Of a stretch of DNA of 64,000 bases, positions 1 to 12,254 are shown piece after piece. Each line of letters opens with the position of its first letter. The stretch's first letter is position 1. The position numbers were made by a program, and so were the translations under genes. The stretch lies in assembly GCA_950097015.1 (NCBI GenBank), contig CATNEN010000030.1, positions 4,712,001 to 4,776,000 of the forward strand, in the 5' to 3' direction. Below the pieces are notes generated by a model. That model ran no database searches and was not told the DNA's origin. It saw nothing but the letters and a program-made list of their open reading frames with translations. The stretch is from Macrostomum hystrix. Taxonomy: Eukaryota; Animalia; Platyhelminthes.

Positions 1-1589
1 CCAACAATACAACAGGGAACTGTGTTCAGTTCGCCACAGTTCCCTGTGTGTTAGCCCTCGGTGAGCACACAGTTCATCACTCGCGTAGCTTCCTGCGCCA
101 CTCGAGGGGACGCAGCAACTCCACTGGTACGTCGTCAGGTCCCGTAGCCTTGTTTATAATAAATTAAAAAAATATTATTAACTTAAGGCTCCACTGATGT
201 CGAACAAAAGAGCAGGAATTGTAAATCGTCACACTATACGAGCCTCTTAGTTTTGTTTTACGAGGCTTCACAGAGCCCATTATTAATGGCGACTGACTCC
301 TTTTAATTGATGATTCTACGCTCGTAAATGAAGCAACTCTTACGAAAGCAACTAAGCAACGAAAATATGCGAGGCCAGCAGGCAGGATTCTGAATAACTT
401 CTGTCTAGGGTTACTACTATTGTTTTATTTCATAGACTATTTTTTTATTTATACCATTTATTTTACATCGACAGCCTTTCTCTGAAGCACGTGAAGTACG
501 TGCGCTAACGTTCACCCTCAAGTGCACACTTTGAGGATCCCTCCTTGACCACTTTTTGCCAAAAAAAATTTTCTGTTATATAATTTTATTATACATTACT
601 TTATATAATTTTAGAATTTTTCTTTTTTATTTCATTACATTTACGAGCGTATATAATGAAATTTCTATTGCACTTATAATAATATTATTGTGTAATTATT
701 GCTACTCGTCATTTAGTTATTGTTATTTCCATTTTTATTAACAGCAATATTAATTTTTTTATTTATAGCCAAGTTTATTTTGAACTCTCGCTTCATAGGA
801 GTTTAAACCGCATCGTTTCCTGCATGGCAGCCGGGCCACTAAGCTGTTTGCGCTGCCATTCGGCTATATGTGGCCGCGGCGTCGCCTGGGTTTGCTGAAG
901 CTAAAGCTGTTCCTGTTTCTCCTACTAAGTCAATACAAGCTTCGAGCTGGCCAGGTTCCGACTGCACAGTCTAACGATGGCCTCCTTGGTGTTGAAATCC
1001 TACCTTGGACTGAAGATTTCGCCTTTGAGATCCAACCAAGGGGTTAAAAGGGCGCAACATTCACAAAATTAGTACCTGGACTACAATTGTACATATTCAA
1101 GCATATGTTTTGCTGCTTCAGGTTGACTCGCACAAGTGTATAAGTCCTTATTCTTCTTTTTTAGATAGTTTAAGCCGAATCGGATATTTTTCTTTGTAAT
1201 GTACTTTAGTGTCAAAATAGTTATTCATGCCTCTTTAACTTGTACATAATGAATGTATTTACCTACTTAACGTTTCTTTCTTTGGTACAGGGGAGCTACA
1301 GTTATTGGATTAGTCATTGTCATTTTGGTAATTTTTTAGCTATTTTGAATATCTGCAACGTTATTTCTCTTTAGAATAAAATTCAAATACATCTTTATGA
1401 TATTGCCTTGAATGGTGATAGACAAAAAACGGACTCTTGGAAAAGTAATGATCATGCGAAATGTTTAGAATAATGGCTTCTGTCGACATTGATCACTTTA
1501 TGGTGAACCCATCAAACTAGACGATGGAGCTCGACTTTTAAGCTTATTATTCTAATATGATAATATTAGATGGCCTTCCATATGCCACA

Positions 1590-3540
1590 ATTTATCAGAG
1601 CTTATCATGCGGCAAGTAGCTAGGATTGCCTGCCATACCGAGAATTGCTCGAATGCTGTACCAGCTCAAAAGGTACCATCTGAGGTCTCGTGGTCACCAG
1701 GATCCAAGATGCAGATTGCCAACACGTTGTCAAGAGCGTACTTGCCAGAGACCGAGGCAGCTTTGGATGATGAATTCGAGGTACAGGCCCACCAGGTGTG
1801 CAGGAGTCTACCGATATCTGCCGTTCGGATGCAAGAAATTCGTGACGAGACTAGCAAGGATCGCGACTTGTCTCTTGGGGCACAGTTCGTTCAGGATTGT
1901 TGGCCAACGGATTTCCACCGTGTTTGTTCATCTATCCGTTCTTACTGGAGCTTCAAGGAAGAATTGGTCTATCACGAAGGCGTACTGCTGAAGGTGAGCC
2001 GTGTTGGGTCATAGCGATGGTAAAAAGCTGTTGTCAGCTGTATTCAACAAGCGCATCGTTATATGGCTTTTCACCTTTAGTACAGTGCCTGTTTCTCTCC
2101 GTGTCAGAAGTTCCAGGAGATTCTGCACGAAGGCCATGCTGGAATGGGCAAGACCGAATCGCGTGCGCATCAAATTCTGTACTGGCCTGGAATGTCAGCC
2201 GATATCAAACGGTTCGTGAGTCGCTGCACTACGTGCCAGGCGTTTCAGACTGCCAGTCTAAGGAAGCCGCTGATGAGCCATCAGGTTCCAGATTCACTAT
2301 AGATAAAGGTTGGCTGCGATTTGCTTGGCTTTAAGAATGACAAGTCGTTACATGTTACTACAGCCATTGGATTGAGTTGGCAAAATTGGGCCAACAGTCA
2401 GGAGCTGCTCTGGTAATTTCTAGAATCAAGTCGATGTTTTCCGTTTCGGAATCGTCAAGGAGCTAGTCAGCGACAATCGGACGAAGCTGATTCGGACGAA
2501 GCTGCCAGCAGACAGCAGAGCATTGCTCCAGGACGGACAACCGAGTTCTCCAAGTTTCCGCTGCAGGCGGTTCAACAGCATTACTACGACCAGCATAGCC
2601 GATCTCTATCAGAATTTCCGAGTCAAATTGGGCCAACAGTCAGGAGCTGCTCTGGTAATTTCTAGAATCAAGTCGATGTTTGCCGTTTCGGAATCGTCAA
2701 GGAGCTAGTCAGCGACAATCGGACGAAGCTGACAGCAGACAGCAGAGCATTGCTCCAGGACAGGACAACCGAGTTCTCCAAGTTTCCGCTGCAGGCGGTT
2801 CAACAGCATTACTACGACCAGCATAGCCGATCTCTATCAGAATTGCCGAGTCAAATTGGGCCAACAGTCAGGAGCTGCTCTGGTAATTTCTAGAATCAAG
2901 TCGATGTTTGCCGTTTCGGAATCGTCAAGGAGCTAGTCAGCGACAATCGGACGAAGCTGCCAGCAGACAACAGAGCATTGCTCCAGGACAGGACAACCGA
3001 GTTCTCCAAGTTTCCGCTGCAGGCGGTTCAACAGCATTACTACGACCAGCATAGCCGATCTCTATCAGAATTTCCGAGTCAAATTGGGCCAACAGTCAGG
3101 AGCTGCTCTGGTAATTTCTAGAATCAAGTCGATGTTTGCCGTTTCGGAATCGTCAAGGAGCTAGTCAGCGACAATCAGCCCCCGTTTTGCTCATTCAAGT
3201 TTCAAGAGTTTGTTGCCGAGTTCGGTTTCCGACACACGCGATGGTCTCCAGGTAATGCGCAATCTAATGGAACGGCTGAGAAGGCTGTCAAAGTAGCAAT
3301 GAGCATTCTGCGGAAATCGGACCAGCCGGAGCTCGTTCGGAACCTTCCGGACCTTCACCTGGTTCCGCAGCAAGCCACTCCAGAGGCTGAGGACGTCATC
3401 GAAGTGAGCCAAGAGGGCGCAGCCAGTCCGGAAGCAACGGCAGCAGATCGAGCCGCCGCTGAGACTTGCGAGCTGCCACGGCGGTCGGCCAGGACCACTA
3501 AGGGCGTGCTGCCTGCCCGCTACCGATCTGATGACTGAAT
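1590..3540 (+). mobile_element. Degenerate Ty3/Gypsy pol remnant (RNase H C-terminus, integrase Zn finger, core and C-terminal tail)
   Basis: Frameshifted motifs PRIARMLYQLKRY/PGSKMQIANTLSRAYLP (RNase H end), LHEGHAGMGK...YWPGMSADIKRFVSRCTTCQ (HHCC), ELVSDNQPPF...SNGTAEKAVK (integrase core) and ELPRRSARTTKGVLPARY (C-terminal tail). Confidence 0.9.
2383..3176 (+). repeat. ~228-bp tandem repeat (3 units plus a partial) made of two fused integrase fragments
   Basis: AAATTGGGCCAACAGTCAGG recurs at 2383, 2625, 2853 and 3081. Confidence 0.9.
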
Positions 3541-3552
3541 ATTATTGTGATG

Positions 3553-3743
3553 GACTGTTCAGTGACTGTTTATTGACTGTTTAGTGACTGTTTATTGACT
3601 GTTTATTGACTGGTTAGTGACTGTTTATTGACTGTTTATTGACTGTTTATTGACTGTTTATTGACTGTTTAGTGACTGTTTATTGACTGTTTAGTGACTG
3701 TTTATTGACTGTTTATTGACTGTTTAGTGACTGTTTATTGACT
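3553..3743 (+). repeat. 11-bp minisatellite (GACTGTTTAKT)n
   Basis: Direct tandem repeats in the 3' region of the Gypsy remnant. Confidence 0.9.
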
Positions 3744-4060
3744 ATTATTAGCAGTGCGTCCAATTTTAGTTTTTATCTGTTTTTGTGAGCATTTACTAAT
3801 ATTTGTTTGCGCTTGCCTCTGCTAAAACTTCATTTTCATGATTCGAAATGCTAATGACTTTTTGTGTTGCTTTCTGCTCTGAGTTTTTGTACATGAAAAT
3901 TTGAAATTAAATTTTTATTCCTTTCAATTTCTGCGTGATGCAAAAAATTTTTTTTCCTTTTTTTCCCTAATGTTCGAGTCGCAATATTTTTTGTTAGTTT
4001 TAAAGTAACTTTGTCCTGTAACTCCTAATAATTTGTCTGTATTTACTCTTTTTGTTGCTT

Positions 4061-4533
4061 TTAGAAGGGAGATGTCATGACTGTGAGCGTTTGTGCACAA
4101 GTGTGTACACCAGTCTAGGTGTACATGATATAGCTTTCGCTCTCTCTCATGCTACCGCTATGTATTCGCTTCTGGCTCTGCGTGTGCTACTAATGTATCG
4201 GCTGAAGCCAAATAGAATGGTTTTAAGCGTTGCTCTCGTCCGCACTCATCACAGTTGGTACCATAGGCATAGATAGATGTCTTTTGCTTTTTAGGATTAC
4301 TATTTGGATATTAGCCATACTATCTACTGCGCTAAGTAGGCGAGCTCTTACTATACAGTAGCCTCATACAGAAACGACTGTTTCTATTGTACGTAATCAT
4401 TCTCATTTGTAAATTGTGTGGTGAAGTATGTGAGCTCATATTTAATATAAACTGTATACTCGTAAACTAAAAGTTTGAATCTGCTGTGTTCGTGGTTTTG
4501 CATTTATCTAATGAAATAATTGAACATCGAACA
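4061..4533 (+). mobile_element. Probable polypurine tract and 3' LTR of the Gypsy remnant (right end uncertain)
   Basis: TTAGAAGGGAGA is followed directly by TGTCATGA at 4073. An AATATAAA signal lies near 4444. Confidence 0.55.
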
Positions 4534-5889
4534 GTAAAAGAACCTAGTCTGAGCAAACATCCAATTATGCTGCAGGTAAGTTTGCGGGGCTCCATTTGCT
4601 GTGTCGTTGCTGGCAGCTGGATATGAAAGGGAAGCGACAACGCTAGGATACATTTTTTAAGTTAGGTGCTTTTAGTTGGAATATTATACAATCAGGTTGT
4701 TCAAATTAGCTCAGTCTGTACGACGAGTTTATAAACACACATTCAGCAGATAATATATTTTCTACTCGTGGCGAACTAATTTTCAGCCCGCTGCTTGGTC
4801 CCATCCATAATAAATTTCCTTGCCTTAGCGTTCCTCATTTCAAAATATTGTCCCGCTAAAACTCAATTACAGCCCAGAGTGGAAGAGCTGGCGAGGGGCT
4901 TTTTTTACATTTTATCACATTTTTCGAGTGCGTGGCAATGCAAGGTTTAAGTTATAAAACATTGTATCACTCTTACCATCTTATGTATGCTGCAAATTTA
5001 AGCACCTTTCTAAGTAACTTTCTGCCTTCACTGAATTCGTTTATCAAAAACTTGCGGTGTTGTTAAAAAGTTGTACAGTTGTACAGTGATATCTTGTTAT
5101 CCTTAAAAAAGACTGCATAACTGTTTTTAAAGTTTCAGAAAACAAAGCAAAGGCAAACTTAAGCATCCATAGAAAAATGTTAGAAAATTCTACAACTAAG
5201 GGAGATTAACACATAAAAGTTCTTTTCCCCATTCCTTTTGTCAACTTTAAGTGCAGTCAAGAAAAAGCAACGTCTTTTTGTATTGCAATTCCATGATAGA
5301 AAGTCTATCGTCCTGGGACACAGGACGTATAACGTCCTGGGTCCTTAGGAATCGCATTCTCTTTTTGAGAATATTAAATTCAAGAACGTTTACGATATCA
5401 ATGTTTTAAGTAGTTATTTTTCACCTTATTACCTTGAATCTATAGTTGCCTTAAATCTTAGTTGAATCATCTTTAAAAAATGATTAATAATGCCAAAAGT
5501 CTAGACTTTTTGGTCTCCTGAAATCACTCTCATTCTCCTAATTTATAAAAATTAACCCGTCCTGTTTTTCAGCAAATCGCAAAACCTATAAAATAACATA
5601 ATATCACATAATCATAACATCATAATCTTTATCAATTAAATCATAATCAAAATTACCGCCTTGGTAGTTGCTGCCGCTGACAATATTGGTACCAACGCAG
5701 CAGGTAGTGATGCCACTCTCGCTAGTGCAGCTTCCACCGTCGGCGAACATGCAAAATTCACCATGAGTTCGCTCTCGATGCGAAGAAGAGTGTTCAGGAG
5801 ATGACTTAAAAAAGAGCGAAGGCATACAATTAGTTATAAATGTAAATATAGGAATACATTAAATATATCCCAGTTGAGCTAATTATTCA

Positions 5890-6130
5890 GCCTACTACAC
5901 AGCCGCAGCAATTGCGTTGCGCATCTGAAGGATGCGTACGGCTGTTCAGTCTATGAAATGGGGGAAATGGGGGGACGCCACATCCACCTTAAATTAACCC
6001 CGCTTAATGCTGGTACCCATTTAACCGCTGGGTGAACTGAAGCAACGCAGAGTGAAGAGTCTTGCTTATGGACACAGATTGAACCCTCAATCGTCAATAT
6101 TCCTTCAGCCACTAGCTTACAACCCCCTAG
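5890..6130 (+). mobile_element. Possible SINE/L2-tail-like fragment in an intron
   Basis: CTGGTACCCATTTAACCGCTGGGTGAACTGAAGCAACG...GAGTCTTGC resembles, from recall, invertebrate L2-related SINE tails. Not verified by search. Confidence 0.35.
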
Positions 6131-6438
6131 GCGAAAATCCCCGCATGGTCTACTTCAGCACTACATAATATTTTGTAATATAGGAAATGTTTCTTACTGA
6201 AGTCGAAAGAAAGAAGGCATCTTTTTGGCATGCGATTTGTTGGTTATCTACCGCCGCTGAAATGAACTCCTCCATTTGCTGTATCTTATCCACGACTGTC
6301 TCTCTGCCAGCTCCTGTTGGTAAAATAATATTTCACAGTATATATGTAAGGTTGTGACACGTAAAACCTAACTGAAGCATAATTAGTGGCCATAATCAGT
6401 TTTTAATAATTAAAATAGTGTGATTAATTAAAAAATCA

Positions 6439-6507
6439 GAACGTTACTCTTCGAAGAGTAACGTTCGTAGTAGGATACGATCCTATTACGATCGTAATAG
6501 GATCGTA
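6439..6507. other. Two adjacent perfect palindromes (28 bp and 32 bp)
   Basis: GAACGTTACTCTTC|GAAGAGTAACGTTC at 6439-6466 and TACGATCCTATTACGA|TCGTAATAGGATCGTA at 6476-6507. Confidence 0.95.
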
Positions 6508-9500
6508 GTAAAAAAATGAATTATATGCTTATCTGCTATAAATTACTCGTACATGGATTTGTAAAATCTACAGTTACACGAAGCATTTGCATTGTGCAAC
6601 ATGTCGGCACTCGATTTTAAATATTATAAGTAAAGGTTTAAAGTTCTATTTTTTATGCCACAAAATCGCGTGCTGGATAAAATAAAACTTTGTGAAAGTA
6701 ATAAAGGAAAGAGAGTCGTTGTGCAAAGAGTCGTAAAATACTCTAAAGAAAGCTTACTTACCAGACAGCCTGGAAAAAATTAACTTTGAGAGAAAAATGC
6801 CGCCAAACGTAAACAGGGCGATTCCGGTAGTGCAGCCAACCAGCCATATAACGATGCGCTTGTTGAATACAGCTGACAACAGCTTTTTACCATCGCTATC
6901 CAGGTTGCCAATGCCATCTCTGCTTCAGCTTCGCTTACCATTATCACCATCCGTTTGTGGCTCAATTGTGTTAACGGTTAAGGTTGAATTGGCCCTGTGG
7001 CTCACACTACATCCCTCACAGTCTGTGGCAAGCAAGCAGAGCACATGCACCCCAGCATGCTTTGGTTGACGGTGGAATCGCAGGCCTCTATCACTTTCGC
7101 CCAAGGCAAATAGAATAGGAATAGAACCGTTTTTTCCATCCAAAATAAAGTAGCTAATTTTACCAAAGGCGCCATCCATCTGGATCGAACGCCTTAAGAT
7201 GCATGAAATTGCGATCAATGTCTGTATTTAGAGACAAATTAATCTGCAACAGTTGCTCAGAAGGAACAACCCATTTTGGAATATTGTCATTGCGATCTTT
7301 TACAACCACTTTTACCATACAGTTACCAGTGTTTAAACGCTGTCCGCGGTCCACAGCTCGGACAGCAAATATCAATGATTTTTTAAAAGAGCCCATCATT
7401 GTTCCACTCTCGCGGTCAATGATGCTTGCAGTAAGGATTTGGGCAAAGTAGTCGCTTAAAGAGATGATGCGAAATGGTACCTGTTGATCATTTATAGAAA
7501 CTATGGCAAAATTCAACCCTGCGTTTTAAAAGCCTTTACAACAAAAGTGTCTGGGTCTTCATTCTCATAGACTTCGAATGTGTGAGTGGATTGACTAAAT
7601 TTGGGCTCTACGTCGTTTTCATCAATAATATGAACGACCACTGGAACATATGTATTTAAAGCAGGATAGCCATTTTCCTTAGCAACGATATTGAACTTCC
7701 ATATTTTAATGTGTTCACTGTCTAGCACACGTGTCGTCTGCACCTCTCCGTCTCCTGTCACGCGAAAAAACACCGTATGGTATGGGCTCTGGTAGGAAAT
7801 TCGTCTATTTTGATTAGTATCAAGGTCTGTCGCTGTTACTCTAGCAACATAGGAAAGAGCAGGAAGGTTTTCTTTAACTATAAAGTCGTATGCCATCTGA
7901 GAGAATACAGGCTTTTCATCGTTGACATCCTGAATTTCAACAAAAAGCCTAACTGAAGAATTAAGAGTAGGCGAGCCTCTATCGTGACAATAAAAAAACA
8001 TTATAAGAATCCTGAACCTCACGATCAAAGCGATCCTAACTAAGGATCTCGAAAGTTTGCTGTTTCTCCACTTTCTCGAACCTTTCTGATCTGTCTGGCA
8101 GCAAGCTAAGTATGAAAAGACTGGCTGTCGGGCCCTCAATTTTACATTCAGCTTCGCCACCTGCACCAGAATCATAGTCAACCACCGACGCCAAGCCGAG
8201 CAGGCTATTCGGTGCCGCGTTCTCTGAAACTGTTAGTCTGTTCGTGGCTCGCATTTCTTCTTTGCTGAGATGAACTGTGAAAAGCGGTACAAAATCGTTT
8301 TCATCCAGAATGTCGATCCCTACTTGAATTGTCGAAGACTTTCGGATCAAGGCGCGGTCTGTTGCAATGGCGCTAAACTCAAAGAAATGGGTCTCTGCAA
8401 GGTCAAAATCTAGAGCCTTCTACAGCCACAGGAGGCCGCGCAGCCGGTCAAGCTGAAAGTAGCTCAGCACCTTTGCTGGGTACCTGGAGCAAAGTAGTAC
8501 TCGATTTCGCCATTCCTGCCTTTATCGGGATCAGTAGCGTACAACTGCAGTACTGTGGTCCCGTAGGGTGCAGTTTCAGAAACTTTGGCACTGTAGTGTG
8601 ACTGATTAAAGGCCGGTCGGTTGTCATTCAAGTCTTCTATAATTATGAGAAGGTCAATGCTGGATGATCAAGGCTCTTTGCCTAGGTCTTGAGTGTAATG
8701 TTGTACCGCTCAATTTTCTCACAATCAAGAGGATGCTTTAGCAATAGGCTGATCGTCTCAGAATTTCCCTGTGTTTTTAGTGTGGAGTTTTTTAATCGGA
8801 AATTCAACGGTATTGAACGGTAGAAATTCAATTCGCTAAGTTAAGAAGTACCTTAAGGTAAAATGTAATTACGCGAGCTATGTTACCGAATTGTGAAAAA
8901 ATACACCCGTACATACATGGACTTAAGAAAACACGAGCTAAAATTTGCTGACATTTTTTCAGCAGAGAGAATGATTAGACTTCTCAATGTATACATCTAA
9001 CTAACAGCAGTACCATCACACTATACGAAATCGCTAATTTTTATTTAACCGGTATTTCTTTTTTCTAAATTTGATGCTCTATCTTTCACTTTTAGCTTTC
9101 CGCCAAACTTTAAAACTATTTTTGTAGCAACTTAAGTGACCTTGCGTAAAATAAGTTAACGATATATCGACTTGGATACTTAACTCATCTCCAGAACTTC
9201 TTATTTGAAAGAGTGTCCTTGCGATGTGAAAGTCATTATAAAGTTGCCTGTGCACTTACCTGAAATTCCAACAAGGAAGCAGAAAAGCGTTTGCTTCTAA
9301 CTTCATCACCGATAATGCCGAATGTTTCAGATGGATCTAGCAGTTCGTAAACAATAGTACCGTTGTTGCCAAAATCAGGATCCCTTGCTGCCTCTACCCC
9401 AAATAAGTCGCCAACTCGATGGTCCACGGTTAGTAAAACTTCTAAATTGTTTCGCAACCACAGTGGGGCATTGTCATTCACGTCAAGAACAGAAATAGTT

Positions 9501-10517
9501 ATGTCAATAGTATGATCGCATGAAGGTTTCTTCACTGTCCAACTTCGATGCACAAAGCCTTAAAGCTCAATTGACAAGCTTGGTGCTTGTCGCAGTGCTC
9601 TATTGTGTCGCGTCTATGCGTCTGCGAATAGGAAGAGTGCCTTGTGGTTCTAGCTCCAGGTAGCTGACTCAAGAGTTCGGATCGTCATTGTTTGGCATCA
9701 TTAAGAAGCTAACATTCTCAGCGCCAAAAGCAGCTGTATTGGCTAAGTGACCAACTTCCGAGCCCTTAAGTTGCTCCTCAACAACAGTGAACTTTATCAC
9801 TGCCGCATCAGCTGATGAATGATATTGTTGACCATAGAGTGACACTAGAAGAGACGGCAGAAGGACCAGCAGCGGTTTCATTTCGATGTTTGGATGCTTT
9901 CTTCTCGCGAGTACGATCGTCAATTTTTTAAGTAAAAAGCGAGGGTTATTAAGCTTTGCGGAATTCCATCTTGACTTAGAGAATCTGATTACTGCGTCCC
10001 TTTTAACTACGTAGAATTTATCAGAATAAATTTTTCCTACTTAATGTTGCTCTTGTAGCATTGTTCTTAATTTTGCACATAGCAATATCTTACAAATTTT
10101 TGCAAAATAATCGTTCGTTCGTATGCTTACTGAGTCGTTCAAGGATGGCCCTTTACGAATTTACATTTTTTAAACAAACTGATGCAATTAACCATGGGTA
10201 TAATTTGTGCGGAAGTTACTGCCGACTTCAGGACTTTCTTTTGAGGATTCTAATCATCCCCTTAAAACTGAGCTGAATGCCGGAGAGGATATATGAGCGC
10301 GGAAGGGGAAGAGATTAGTAAACTAGCTGGAATTTAGATTTTTAGGATCCCCACTCTATTTTAAGTATTTATATTCAGATACAAAGTCCAAAATATGTAG
10401 GCGCCAATTAGTTGGCAAGAGGTCCCAAATCAGGATTCTGATTGTCGAGAATGCGAATGCTGCTTCGATGCAAGTAAACATACCCGGAGAGTTAATCCAT
10501 AAAACTGAGCGCACCCT

Positions 10518-12254
10518 TGTAGTGTTTGACGGCGCCTCACCGGACCAGTTGTAGAGGTTTTTCGGTAATGAGGCGAGAGCAAGGCGGTGGTTCAATTGGT
10601 TAATGGGTTTATAGAATAATGTTATTGGAATCTAGAAAAAGGGGGTTAGTGAAGAGATTCCAGCTGAGCTGCTGTATATTTATAATGTTGAGATAATCTT
10701 CCGGAAAGTTCTAGAAAAATATAATGCATTATAACAAAATGATTGTTAAGAAAATACTGCTAGTTATTTATCGCTAGTTTTACCAGCAGAATGCGAATAC
10801 TTGTTAATAATTAAATATATTGAAATACAGTAAATGGGAAATTGTTTCAGACACAGAACTTTCTAGAAAACGTACGAATAGAAATTTCTCGAAGGTCACT
10901 ACAACAGTCCCCCCGCGGAAGACGGAGTCCCTATGGAAAAGTACAGTATCTATGGTTTGAAAATATGCGATGAAATGCGGTACTTAGGATAAGTTACTGT
11001 CAATTCGAATGGATTCGGCGATGGAGTCTGGTGTGATGGCGATCGATCCACTCGTGTCCTCGACTGGTCTCCCGGTTGGCGGGTTGTCGGACGTGGGACC
11101 AAACTGGGTGCTGCCGGATGCAGACAGACGACACCCTGGATGAGGTGCACCGGAGAAAGGCGGGTTGTCGCTCTGCGGCCGAGGGGACCAGGCGAAGCGC
11201 ACGAGACGGATGTCGATGTTGATGGTTTCGTGGTGAAGATTGCTGGCTGAATGTGGTGATGTCGCTTCGCGGTAGATGTGTCGAATGGAAATGCGGCTGG
11301 TCCACTCGTGCGTCCTTCTGTGTTGCTCCAGAATGGCGGGATGGCGCTGGGGCTGGTGCGACCTACGGAAGTTGCCGAGTTGCAGACAGACGACTCCCTG
11401 GACTGCGGCGGGGGACGACGGCGGGCAGTCGCTCTGCGGCTGGGCAGCATAGAGGGAGCGCATGAGATGGGCCGGAAACTGCGGATGTGATGCGACGGTG
11501 TGGCCGGGACGATCACCGGTTTGTCGGCTGACCTCGTGTTAGGCCTTTGAAATGGTGACTCCCCGGTGATGTTGGTCGGAACTGCTTCGGTTGAAGGCTC
11601 TTGGAGATGCTGGATCGGTGCAGGAAGCTCGGTCGATAGGCCTTTGTTAGCCCGTGTTGGCGTGGTTGATTGGTCATCGAAGGAGTCCTGCGTTGCTGTG
11701 GAGTTGCTGCGGAATCGGATGATTGCTGAGTGGATTGTGAGGCATTGTTGTCGATGGTACATGCGATGTGCTGCCGGTGATGATGACGGGCGAAAGTTCA
11801 GGCGATATTTTTACATGTTTGTTTGTTGTCCTGCCCCTGGCGGGGCTTCGGCGCCTCGCCGGACCAGTTGTAGTGTTTGACGGCGCCTCACCGGACCAGT
11901 TGTAGAGGTTTTTCGGTAATGAGGCGAGAGCAAGGCGGTGGTTCAATTGGTTAATGGGTTTATAGAATAATGTTATTGGAATCTAGAAAAAGGGGGTTAG
12001 TGAAGAGATTCCAGCTGAGCTGCTGTATATTTATAATGTTGAGATAATCTTCCGGAAAGTTCTAGAAAAATATAATGCATTATAACAAAATGATTGTTAA
12101 GAAAATACTGCTAGTTATTTATCGCTAGTTTTACCAGCAGAATGCGAATACTTGTTAATAATTAAATATATTGAAATACAGTAAATGGGAAATTGTTTCA
12201 GACACAGAACTTTCTAGAAAACGTACGAATAGAAATTTCTCGAAGGTCACTACA
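10518..12254 (-). mobile_element. Non-autonomous mini LTR retrotransposon (TRIM-like, 1737 bp)
   Basis: Two apparently identical 386-bp LTRs (10518-10903, 11869-12254) with TGTAGTG...CACTACA termini and a 4-bp TSD CCCT. On the minus strand, a TGG-starting PBS follows the 5' LTR and a GGGGG PPT precedes the 3' LTR. No gag/pol domains are recognisable in the 965-bp interior. Confidence 0.92.

Larger units (their letters stand above)
5604..9881 (-). pseudogene. Protocadherin-like gene with multiple stops and frameshifts
   Basis: Signal peptide MKPLLVLLPSLL from 9881. Cadherin motifs DVNDNAP, ARDPDFGNNG, DILDENDFVP, EIQDVNDEKPVF, ATDLD and KDRNDNIP. TM segment IVIWLVGCTTGIALFTFGGIFL ends at a GT donor (exon end 6762). 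Phase-compatible cytoplasmic exons at 6313-6198 and 5804-5604. In-frame TGA at 9669-9671 plus further stops and frame changes. Confidence 0.85.

Noticed and set aside
556-741. 61-aa hydrophobic ORF (also 54058-54243 and 59523-59750)
   Set aside because: AT-rich low-complexity sequence with no recognisable motif.
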